From the NCBI GenBank assembly GCA_028871895.1, contig JAGWLZ010000017.1:15933-79932 (forward strand): DNA of 64,000 nt. Direction: 5' to 3'. This document shows positions 1-7,387 of this stretch, piece after piece; the stretch's first letter is position 1; each line of letters starts with the position of its first letter. Origin of the DNA: Alphaproteobacteria bacterium. Lineage in GTDB: Bacteria; Pseudomonadota; Alphaproteobacteria; Micropepsales; Micropepsaceae. The position numbers were made by a program, and so were the translations under genes. The notes under the pieces are model-generated. The model made no database searches. It was not told the origin of the DNA and was given only the letters and a program-made list of their open reading frames with translations.

Positions 1-287
1 CGCAGATGCGCCTTGGCGGCGGCCAGGCCCTTGCCGGCGAGCCTGGCAATGCGTGACTTGGTAACGACGCGGCGCTGCCGGTAAGCGGCATAACGGTCGC
101 GCGAAGCGAGCACGCGCGCGATTCCCGATCCGCGGCCGATCCGGCCACCCTGAAACTTGCTTCCCTTCCCTCTGCCGCCGCCCGCCAGATTGGATGCGTG
201 CAAGACACGTTGCAGATAGGTCCGCTCGCGTGGACTGCGTGGGTAACCGACTTTGCCGAGATGCGGTTCGAAGTCGTCGTCGCGCAT
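1..287 (-). CDS. rlxS: Relaxase (VirD2-like/DUF3363, RlxS type), 5' part only; runs off the left edge
   Basis: Not in the ORF track. Manual translation from ATG at 287 gives MRDDDFEPHLGKVG...RQRRVVTKSRIARLAGKGLAAAKAHLR, the typical N-terminus of these relaxases (RRVVxKxR...AHLRY). Lies downstream of slt, as in rdfS-traF-msi107-rlxS. Confidence 0.75.
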   Translation of the reverse strand, partial: MRDDDFEPHLGKVGYPRSPRERTYLQRVLHASNLAGGGRGKGSKFQGGRIGRGSGIARVLASRDRYAAYRQRRVVTKSRIARLAGKGLAAAKAHL

Positions 288-339
288 GGCGTCGTTCTCT
301 GCGTTTCAGCGGCATCAACACGCCAACTGCTCGCAATCG

Positions 340-480
340 CAATCGGTGCCACCCGTCACAACAGATTCAGCCGTTTACGAGTGCATGGCACCACGCAGCT
401 TCTCCACTGGTGCCAAATATTCCGATGTGCAGACCGGCAACCGGCGCCACTTGGTGCCGGAGCTTTTCTCTTGCCTTCGC
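340..480 (+). other. Candidate origin of transfer (oriT)
   Basis: Intergenic, just upstream of the relaxase. Imperfect IR CCGGCGCCA-CT-TGGTGCCGG at 441-460, followed by TTTTCTCTTG^CC (putative nic 473/474, resembling MOBP YATCCTG^Y). Repeated GGTGCCA/TGGCACC motifs at ~345-415. Confidence 0.45.
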
Positions 481-536
481 GCCATGGCTTTCACTTCGCT
501 GATTCTCAGTGCGTCTTCGTGACTTTCGGTGATGGG

Positions 537-1181
537 CTACCACGCAGGCTTTGACAGCGGAACAAACAGACCATTGTTGTTCTGCGGCGCCGATGGAGCC
601 GGATTTACGATCGCATGTGTGCTTTCGAGCATGAAGAACAATGGGGAAGTGGATGGCTTCCTGAGCGGTAAATTCGCGTTGTCCTGCTTGGCAACAGCCA
701 AGTCCCGAGCCGCTACACCACCTGGTATGATGCGATTCACATAGGCCAATGTCGCCTTCGGCAATGACCATCCGTGCCGGAGAAACGCTTCAAACCGGCC
801 CGGTCCTGCATAATAGGCGGCGAACAGATCAGGGTAGCCGTAGCGCTCGAACATGGTGCGCAGATAGGCGGTTCCGGCCATGATATTGGTCCGAGGGTCG
901 TAGGGATCAGGACCAAGTTCGTACTGGCGCCGCATGTCCGCGAAGGTGCCGGGCATGAGCTGCATGAGCCCCATGGCGCCCGCAACAGACGTTATGGGCT
1001 CGCCGTTCAGCGTGGTTCGGCCACCACTTTCGGCGCCCATGACGGCGGCAATCCAGTCTTCGGGAACGCCAAAACGGACCGAGGCACGGGCGATGATCGG
1101 CTGCCATTGCACAACGGTCGGCGCCTTCATCGGCTGTGCGGCGCACAAAATGCAAACGACTGCAGCGCTCATGGACGCCAT
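537..1181 (-). CDS. Lytic transglycosylase (SLT domain; msi107/VirB1-like)
   Basis: AESGG catalytic Glu, GLMQLMP and AAYYAGPG motifs; N-terminal hydrophobic signal. Confidence 0.88.
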   Translation of the reverse strand: MASMSAAVVCILCAAQPMKAPTVVQWQPIIARASVRFGVPEDWIAAVMGAESGGRTTLNGEPITSVAGAMGLMQLMPGTFADMRRQYELGPDPYDPRTNIMAGTAYLRTMFERYGYPDLFAAYYAGPGRFEAFLRHGWSLPKATLAYVNRIIPGGVAARDLAVAKQDNANLPLRKPSTSPLFFMLESTHAIVNPAPSAPQNNNGLFVPLSKPAW

Positions 1182-1663
1182 AGCAGCCTCAACTTGCCAA
1201 GGATGGCGCTTCGCTCGACAGGTCCGAAATAGCGCCCGTCGAAGGAGTCCGGCACGTCGGCCATCAGGAGAAACACCTCACCTCGACCAAGAGCACGACA
1301 GCCGTACCAGGCCGGAAGCGGGCGGTGGTGCGTATCGAATGCGAGGCGGATCGCAACGGCACGGTCGTCGATCAAAATGCGGTTTCCGATGCTGCAAATG
1401 CGGTCTCTCTCGAGCGCCGCGATGCGTTTGACGAGCGGTACATGCTCGGGCAGATAGCCGCGGTTCGCCGCGAGTTGGCGTGCGCTCGCAGGTGGCTCTG
1501 CCAGCACGAGTTCGCCGATGCGGAGCGGTTCGGCGGGGGACACGGCGTAAAGACCGACCGGCGCGCTCGCGGTCACATTCCAGACAAGACATGGCGATTT
1601 TGCCGCAAATATGGAGGCTATCGCCAGGCTCGTTGCGGTGAGAATCGCTCGACGTGAGGCCAT
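1169..1663 (-). CDS. traF: S26-family conjugative peptidase TraF
   Basis: WNVTASAPVGLY (Ser), PLVKRI (Lys) and SFDGRYFGP motifs. Start chosen at ATG 1663, 1 nt after the rdfS stop. Confidence 0.85.
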   Translation of the reverse strand: MASRRAILTATSLAIASIFAAKSPCLVWNVTASAPVGLYAVSPAEPLRIGELVLAEPPASARQLAANRGYLPEHVPLVKRIAALERDRICSIGNRILIDDRAVAIRLAFDTHHRPLPAWYGCRALGRGEVFLLMADVPDSFDGRYFGPVERSAILGKLRLLWRP

Positions 1664-1664
1664 G

Positions 1665-1889
1665 TCAGCGTGCCCGCGAGGCCGACCACGCATCGAGGTC
1701 GTCGATGTGATAGAAGATGTTGCGGCCATGCCGGCGGTATCTGGGGCCGGTTCCGTGCTTGCGCATCCGTCCGAGTGTGTAGGGATTGAGATGTAGGTAG
1801 TGGGCTGCCTCTTTCGTACTCAAGAAAGGACTCCCCTTCTTTGCACGCATGACCCGAAGATTTGTTTCGTCGAGATTCTTGTCGCCCAT
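1665..1889 (-). CDS. rdfS: MerR/AlpA-type HTH recombination directionality factor (excisionase)
   Basis: 74 aa; FLSTKEAAHYL...TLGRMR..GTGPRYRRHGRNIFYHIDDLDAW HTH_17-like pattern; first gene of the rdfS-traF-slt-rlxS unit. Confidence 0.78.
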   Translation of the reverse strand: MGDKNLDETNLRVMRAKKGSPFLSTKEAAHYLHLNPYTLGRMRKHGTGPRYRRHGRNIFYHIDDLDAWSASRAR

Positions 1890-1927
1890 CGCTGTGATTC
1901 ACGCCTGTCGTTCATTGCAGACCGTGA

Positions 1928-1988
1928 TTGTTAGAGGCGCAGAAACCGGCGCGGGACCGGAAGATTGCGGGCGGGCGCAATTTGCCGG
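1928..1988 (-). promoter_or_regulatory. Putative rdfS promoter with FseA-box-like inverted repeat
   Basis: Imperfect 32-bp palindrome at 1957-1988 (11/13 arm match; minus strand GGCAAA-N16-TCTTCC with inner TTGCG/CGCAA). It abuts a weak -35 (TCCCGC) 17 bp from a -10 (TAACAA, 1933-1928). Confidence 0.5.
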
Positions 1989-2006
1989 AGTGCTAATGAG
2001 CGGCAG

Positions 2007-2037
2007 CAAACCCCCGCGCCGGTGGACGACGCGGGGG
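2007..2037 (-). terminator. Intrinsic terminator after DUF736
   Basis: 8-bp GC stem CCCCCGCG/CGCGGGGG (2011-2018/2030-2037) followed by a short TTTG on the minus strand. Confidence 0.5.
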
Positions 2038-2049
2038 CACTGCGGGATA

Positions 2050-2373
2050 TCAGTCGACCGGATTCCAGATGACGGCGAAGACATCCTCGTCATCCTGACC
2101 GGCAGCTTTGCCGAGATTGGCGTAGAGCTTCTTGGGCCCGAAAGCGGGATCGCAAAGGCTCAGGCTCACATACTCCTTGCCCGAGGCTTCGCCGGTGCGG
2201 CACCAGGCCGCCCCTATTTCCGTCCCACGTGAGTACACCCGAAAGTCGGGTTGCTTGTCGCCGTTCTTTGCGGAGTTCGGCAGGATATCGATCGGCGCCT
2301 TCACCGACAACGTCTTGAGAGAACCGTGATAAGCTCCGTCCTTACCGCGCGTCACATGTCCGATGGCTGGCAT
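2050..2373 (-). CDS. DUF736 family protein (msi110-like)
   Basis: MPAIGHV...G.L.TL...DKQPDFRVYS..TEIGAAW......GKEYVSLSLCDPAFGP..LYANL...DEDVFAVIWNP. SD GGAGG precedes ATG 2373. Confidence 0.85.
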   Translation of the reverse strand: MPAIGHVTRGKDGAYHGSLKTLSVKAPIDILPNSAKNGDKQPDFRVYSRGTEIGAAWCRTGEASGKEYVSLSLCDPAFGPKKLYANLGKAAGQDDEDVFAVIWNPVD

Positions 2374-2401
2374 AGTTGCCTCCGTTTGAAGTCGCGGGAG
2401 A

Positions 2402-2627
2402 CCATTCTCCCTTGCGATGGCGTAACCGCTCATGGGCGCTCTGGATGACCGGCGAACCTGAAGGGCCGCAGCACCGCGAAGGACCGGAGCCCGCAAACTA
2501 TTTTGAGCGCAGCGCCGCGCGAGGAATGTTCGAAGCGCAGCGAAGAACAGGGGAAAATAGTTTGCGGCGACGGTTTTGCCGGCGGGCCAGCGCCCATAGG
2601 TTCCGCGCCAAAAGCAAGGGAGAATGG
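2402..2627. repeat. ~225-nt nested foldback (ssDNA promoter/ssi-like) upstream of DUF736
   Basis: Perfect 14-bp IR at 2402-2415/2614-2627, 9-bp IR at 2432-2440/2589-2597, perfect 14-bp IR at 2491-2504/2554-2567. GCGCAGC mini-hairpins in the loop. Confidence 0.7.
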
Positions 2628-3048
2628 CTCGTCCCGCAAATTCGGGAGGTGGACATGGCAGCCGTTGGACAAATGAAGCGCAACGCAGCGTAGGAGATCA
2701 ACGGAATTCTCCAACGACCATTGTAGGTGCAGACCTGCAAAGATCGACCGCCGAACAGACGCAGAATGGCGACCGGCAATTCGCGTTGAGGCGTGTTGCC
2801 GCGGACCGGAAATCTGGCCGGTCGCGCCGGACACGAAAGCTTCTGCGAAGGAATATATGTCCGTGCGAACCGTTGCGGCGCGATATTCGGACCCAGAAAG
2901 CGATACGCTCCATCTCGACCAAAGCCGCCGGTCCCCGACAACGCCACAATGCTCTGGAATCCGGCCGACCGAGCCTTCCACTGTAACCCGCGACGTTTCG
3001 GCGGGCGCGGGGTCGGCGGCTGCGATGGGGGACAATTCGGCAAGCAAG

Positions 3049-3082
3049 ACGAGGGGCGGCAGATCGACCCACCGCCCCTCGT
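3049..3082 (-). terminator. Hairpin/terminator downstream of parB-like gene
   Basis: 11-bp perfect stem ACGAGGGGCGG/CCGCCCCTCGT with a weak T-tract. Confidence 0.45.
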
Positions 3083-3104
3083 TCGCTGCACCTGCTCTGC
3101 ATCG

Positions 3105-4871
3105 CTAGGCGACTACGCGCATGTCCTCCACGCCGTTGTCGGACGCGGTCATCTCGGTTGGCGCATCATCTGCGCCTTTGAGACTACAGGTAGGTTCCGC
3201 CAAATCAGCGCCGATGCTGCGGGACGGAAACGTCATCCAGCCGGGCGTCCAATCGACCTTGGCCCGACCGTTGGCGCCCGTAAGGCAATCTTGGACGATC
3301 TGTTTCTGCGTCTTGGTTTTCTCCGCAATATTGGCGCGGGCAACGTTGTGTCCCGCCACATCGGCCAGCACGGCGTTGACGGTCGCGCGGTCGCGTATGA
3401 GGTCGAAGAATGTTTCGTCCGGCTGCCAATGTGTCCTGGCGTCCACGTTGAGGTGCGTGCCCGCGACCTCCACCGCGCCGCTGCCTGCGGCCAAGGTTTC
3501 GGCCATCCGGCAGGCGGCGATGCGCAAGACTTCCTCATTGGAAAGGGTCAGCAACCGCGCGAACACGGCAACCGCGCGGTCCTCGTTGGCTAGTGCGAAG
3601 TCGTCGTTCCGCGGCAGTTCGAGAGGTGCGTAAGCCTCGCCGCATTCCTTCTCGAATGCCACCTGCGCCGGGCTGTTCGCAATGCTCGCCCGGATAGCAT
3701 CGGTGCGGCTCGACTGGCCGTCGGCTTTGATGGACCAGTTACCCGATGCGGCAATCATGTGCGCCACCGCCAGCCGAAACGTCACGGCAGGGTCGGCAAT
3801 CAACGCCAACCGCACCGCGGCATGACGGTGCAAATCGAGATAGTTCTGCATCGCCTGCGTGATCGTGGGAAGTCCCGCCGACACGCCACTGCCGCTCAGC
3901 TTCTCCTGTTTGCGGGCCTCACGTTCCTCGGCCTTGGCGAGCTTTCTGGCTTCCTTCTGCGTCAGCCAGCCATCATGGATTTCGACATCGCCCTTGTGGG
4001 AAACGGTGATGAATACCTTGCCGCCCTTTTTCTTGGGCATCTTCACATGCTCCCATTGGGAGAAGTGCTGGCCTACCTCCATGATCTCGACAGCGATCCA
4101 TCCGGCCTTGAGAAGCGCATCCCGTTTGGCGGCAATCGCCCCGTTCTGCAAGGTCCAGAACAGGTCGGTATCCGCAAAGTAACTCTCCTTGCCGAAGAGG
4201 TCCTCCACGATCTGCCCGGTGTAGTCCTTGAGGGCAAACAGCGCCACTGTTGTCGAGATATCCTGCCCGCCGAGCAACCACTGCCTGATGTACGTGCCAC
4301 GCGGCGCGCCCTGTTGGGGATCGGCAAACAGTCGTAGCCACTTGCGCTGCTGGCTGGCCCTGGCAAGCGTCAGTTGCCGCGCGGTCTGGTCGTCGATGTC
4401 GCCTGCCGTGTAGAGTTCCCGTACCTTGGGAAGCAAGTTGCCCAGCGCCAGCCGCTGTTTCACCTGCGCCGTGGTCATGGCGAAGGTGGCGGCGATATCC
4501 TCGACCGTCTCGCCCTCCTTGATGAGGCGCACGAAGGCCAGATGCTCTGTCATCGGCTCGGCGCTACGCCGGGCAAGATTTTCGAGAAGCGAGGCCTCGA
4601 CGGCGGCGGCATCGCCGCCGTCCTCCATGACGGCACACGGCGGATCGTCCACGTCGCCCACTTCCTGTTTGAGGGTCTTGAGGGCGAAGAAGCGCCTTCT
4701 ACCCGCCACTACACCGAACTTGCCGTCCTCGGGCCGGGCAATGAGCGGCAGCAAAATGCCGAGCTTCCTGATGCTCGGCAGGATGTCGGAGACATCCGGC
4801 GGCGGCTCGCGGTGACGCATGTTGCAGGCGGAGATTTTGAGCTTACTCAAGGGGATGTGTTCAATGTTCAT
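3105..4871 (-). CDS. Long ParB/RepB/Spo0J-family protein (leading-region type)
   Basis: N-terminal ParB domain (SIRKLGILLPLIARP, VVAGRRRF, ASLLENLAR) plus HTH. ATG 4871 has SD AGGAGG. Confidence 0.85.
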   Translation of the reverse strand: MNIEHIPLSKLKISACNMRHREPPPDVSDILPSIRKLGILLPLIARPEDGKFGVVAGRRRFFALKTLKQEVGDVDDPPCAVMEDGGDAAAVEASLLENLARRSAEPMTEHLAFVRLIKEGETVEDIAATFAMTTAQVKQRLALGNLLPKVRELYTAGDIDDQTARQLTLARASQQRKWLRLFADPQQGAPRGTYIRQWLLGGQDISTTVALFALKDYTGQIVEDLFGKESYFADTDLFWTLQNGAIAAKRDALLKAGWIAVEIMEVGQHFSQWEHVKMPKKKGGKVFITVSHKGDVEIHDGWLTQKEARKLAKAEEREARKQEKLSGSGVSAGLPTITQAMQNYLDLHRHAAVRLALIADPAVTFRLAVAHMIAASGNWSIKADGQSSRTDAIRASIANSPAQVAFEKECGEAYAPLELPRNDDFALANEDRAVAVFARLLTLSNEEVLRIAACRMAETLAAGSGAVEVAGTHLNVDARTHWQPDETFFDLIRDRATVNAVLADVAGHNVARANIAEKTKTQKQIVQDCLTGANGRAKVDWTPGWMTFPSRSIGADLAEPTCSLKGADDAPTEMTASDNGVEDMRVVA

Positions 4872-4962
4872 GTCGGTCCTCCTGACCAAGGTTTGAGAGA
4901 ACCGGCCTCGTCCGTGACGTCCTTCCATGACTCTGCGGGCGAGGCCGGGCGGTGCCTCGCAC

Positions 4963-5415
4963 CTATCCGGCGCCCTCATGCGCCGGAATGACGTTGGACC
5001 AATCGGAGAGGGTATAGCGCCGTCCCTCCGCATCGATCCGGATGTTGGGATCGTTGAGGTCCGCCCCATCCGTATCGTAATCTCGGACCTCCACACGGGC
5101 ATAACCGCAATCGCTGGCGACGTTCTGGACGACACCGCCGGAGACGATTACGATCACGCGTGGGCCTTCGCCGCGCTCGGTCAAGGCCGCTGGAATCGGA
5201 AGTTGGGTAACCGCATCGCTCCACAAATCCACGTCGTCGCCCACGGCCACGGCGTCCACGAAGGTGGAGCCGCAATCGTCCAAGGACTCCCATTCACTGC
5301 TCGCGTTTGCCTGCTCGACGGCCTTCGTCAAAGCCTCGTCAAGCGTGTCCGCGTCCACGACTTCGGTATGGGCGTAGTAGGCAGCATAGCCGAGCTGGAC
5401 CGTGTAGCGGGTCAT
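4963..5415 (-). CDS. Highly acidic 150-aa hypothetical protein
   Basis: ATGA overlap with the ardC stop (5412-5415) indicates translational coupling. Protein MTRYTVQLGYAAYYAH... has no recognised family. Confidence 0.65.
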   Translation of the reverse strand: MTRYTVQLGYAAYYAHTEVVDADTLDEALTKAVEQANASSEWESLDDCGSTFVDAVAVGDDVDLWSDAVTQLPIPAALTERGEGPRVIVIVSGGVVQNVASDCGYARVEVRDYDTDGADLNDPNIRIDAEGRRYTLSDWSNVIPAHEGAG

Positions 5416-6353
5416 GACACGGCCTCCCCCTCGACGGCGGCAAGCTCGCGGAAACCGAGGATGTAATCGGCCACTTTGCTTGCTTGGCTTGCGGCATAGA
5501 AGATGGCGCGGCTGTCGGACTTGAGGATTTGAAGCCACGATCCGAGGTAAACGGCATGGCGCACTTGCGGTTCGATGCCGAACTGGGCGCATAAGAACGC
5601 GCTTGCCAATTCCGCGATCAATTCTTCGCGCCCATACGCCGTTGAGCCGAAGCGATGTTGCAGGTTGCGGTTCAATCGCGATGGGTGCGCTGTGGCGTGT
5701 GCTGCCTCGTGAAGCAGAGTGCAAAGCCGGTCGGCTTCGTTCACAAAGGCTGAGCGCGGCGGCATGCGGATGAAGTCTTCGCGCTGGTGGTAATAGGCCT
5801 CGTTGCCGCCTTCTCGGATGACAATTCCGGTCGCTGCGATCAGCGCCTCAACTTCGGGCCATGTCTCGCTCGTAGCGGCATTGGTAGACGATTGCGGCAG
5901 GGAAGCGATATGGGAAGGCAGACCTTCCGTCTGCTCCACGTTGAACACGATGAAGCGCTTGAGAAACGGCACGGCGTGCGGCTCGTCGCTCTCTTGGTAC
6001 GCCCGTTCCCGCTCCTTCTTGGGGATGAACCGGTCAGCATAAAAGATGGCGGTGCCGCGCTCGCCCTTGCGCACATGGCCGCCCAACCCTGCACATTGCC
6101 GGAAGGTGAGCCATTCCTGCGTGGCGAAGCCGCGCGCCAGCACGGCCTCCCATAAGATCAAAATGTTGATGCCGGAATACGCGCGACGTGAGGCGGCACT
6201 GCGGGGAAGTCCAAGGGCAACGCCCGAGTCTTTCCATGGCTTGACCCACGGGACGGTGCCTTGCTCAAGCTCGCAGACAATACGGTTGGTGACGTCTTCA
6301 TAGAGCGCAACACGGCTTGCGCCGGTGGCCGGTTGTTCAAGCATCTGGCGCAT
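5412..6353 (-). CDS. ardC: Antirestriction ssDNA-binding protein ArdC (DUF1738 plus zincin-like domain)
   Basis: PWVKPW, RAYSGINILILW, WLTFRQ..GG.VRKGE, FNVEQTEGL, LLHEAAHAT.H, Y..EELIAELASAFLC, H..YL.SWL..LK.D.RAIF.AAS.ASK. Confidence 0.92.
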   Translation of the reverse strand: MRQMLEQPATGASRVALYEDVTNRIVCELEQGTVPWVKPWKDSGVALGLPRSAASRRAYSGINILILWEAVLARGFATQEWLTFRQCAGLGGHVRKGERGTAIFYADRFIPKKERERAYQESDEPHAVPFLKRFIVFNVEQTEGLPSHIASLPQSSTNAATSETWPEVEALIAATGIVIREGGNEAYYHQREDFIRMPPRSAFVNEADRLCTLLHEAAHATAHPSRLNRNLQHRFGSTAYGREELIAELASAFLCAQFGIEPQVRHAVYLGSWLQILKSDSRAIFYAASQASKVADYILGFRELAAVEGEAVS

Positions 6354-6388
6354 GCGGTGCCTCCTGTTCAGGTCCCCGCCCCAGGCTT

Positions 6389-6665
6389 TTCCCCGGATGC
6401 AGGGCGGGCGGCGAGAAGCGACCGGAGAGCCCCGCTGAGGGAGGCGCGCCGCACCCCCCGGGGTCCCTGTCGCGCGCAGCGCGACGGGGTGGGGCTTAGG
6501 GCCGGAACGAAGTGGAGGACCGCGCGAAGCGCGGTTGCGGCGCGCCGCAGCGGGGCTAGAAGGGAGCGCCGCCTGCCCTGCAGAGGGGAACGGCCAAAAG
6601 AAAACTTCAGCGCGCGGCAGGTAGGCGCGTAGCGGCAGCGTGCGCGCGCGTACTGCCGCGCGCTG
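6389..6665. repeat. Nested foldback (ssDNA promoter-like) upstream of ardC
   Basis: IRs at 6389-6394/6585-6590, 6398-6413/6567-6582 (15/16), 6428-6437/6548-6557 and 6443-6453/6536-6546. Inner GNA-triloop hairpins at 6469-6485 and 6519-6535. Separate 13-bp IR at 6608-6620/6653-6665. Confidence 0.72.
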
Positions 6666-6735
6666 ACCGTACTGAGTTCGCTGAAAATGTCAGGAAGCGG
6701 TCATCGGCACAGGCGCTGTCGACGTACGCACGACG

Positions 6736-6999
6736 TTACCTGCGCCCTTTGCGTCTGCCGCCAGGGAGCGGCTTTACGGGGCTTCGCACAGCGGCCCTTT
6801 CGAAGAGTTCGGAAATCTCGACCGTCAAAGTGATCGCCAACTTCTCTAGAACGGCCACCGTGGGATTTTCGAGCTCGCGCTCGAGCCGGCTGACATAAGT
6901 CCGGTCAATTCCGGCGTCGACGGCCAACGCTTCCTGGGATAATCCGCGAGCCACGCGAAGCCGTCGGATGTTCCTTGCCACCAGAATCTGCGCCCTCAT
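6736..6999 (-). CDS. qseC: XRE/controller-protein-like HTH regulator QseC
   Basis: VARNIRRLRVARGLSQEALAVDAGIDRTYVSRLERELENPTV pattern; divergent from the qseM-like gene. Confidence 0.8.
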   Translation of the reverse strand: MRAQILVARNIRRLRVARGLSQEALAVDAGIDRTYVSRLERELENPTVAVLEKLAITLTVEISELFERAAVRSPVKPLPGGRRKGRR

Positions 7000-7092
7000 G
7001 TGGGAAGGCGAACAGGGTGCGGCTTTCTAAACCACGGACAATGGTGCTATCATTCTGGTGCTTTGGCTGGGAATGCATTGGAGTGATTCGCG
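7000..7092. promoter_or_regulatory. Overlapping divergent qseC/qseM promoters and operators
   Basis: Plus strand TTCTAA-N17-TATCAT (7025-7053) with extended TG. The same 29 bp read ATGATA-N17-TTAGAA on the minus strand. TGGTGCT direct repeat at 7042-7048 and 7056-7062. Confidence 0.45.
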
Positions 7093-7383
7093 ATGGTGCC
7101 AAGGCCGAGACCGTGCAAGGACCCTGAAATCGCCAATTCCGCGCCCGATGTGTCGTGTCTCACCGATTACGATTATAGGCTGCTCGTCACGTATCTGCGT
7201 CTGCTTGACGCGGAAAGAGAAGGCGCGGACTGGCACGAGGTTGCGCGGATTGTCCTCAAGACTGATCCCGACCGCGACTATCGACGCGCTAAACGCTGCT
7301 ACGACTCGCATCTAGCACGGGCCCATTGGATGACGGAACACGGTTACCGCCATTTGCTGCGGGAAGCAGACGACGAATGGTAG
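7093..7383 (+). CDS. qseM: Antiactivator QseM (DUF2285-type)
   Basis: LTDYDYRLLVTYLRLLDAEREGADWHEVARIVLKTDPDRDYRRAKRCYDSHLARAHWMTEHGYRHLL resembles the remembered QseM pattern (LTxYD...YMRLLDA...G.DP..EP.RA...SHL.RA.WM...GY). Convergent with fseA. Confidence 0.8.
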   Translation: MVPRPRPCKDPEIANSAPDVSCLTDYDYRLLVTYLRLLDAEREGADWHEVARIVLKTDPDRDYRRAKRCYDSHLARAHWMTEHGYRHLLREADDEW

Positions 7384-7387
7384 CGTC

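Noticed and set aside
2655-3108. 12-aa ORF (MAAVGQMKRNAA) with strong SD, and longer open frames on both strands between the DUF736 foldback and parB
   Set aside because: No recognisable family; the frames overlap the foldback or lack starts. It could be a decayed gene, but nothing supports a call.
2402-6665. GC-rich repeats considered as a CRISPR array, REP/MITE or structured ncRNA
   Set aside because: No regularly spaced direct repeats or TSDs. Position directly upstream of leading genes and GNA-loop polarity fit ssDNA foldbacks better; an RNA role is not excluded.
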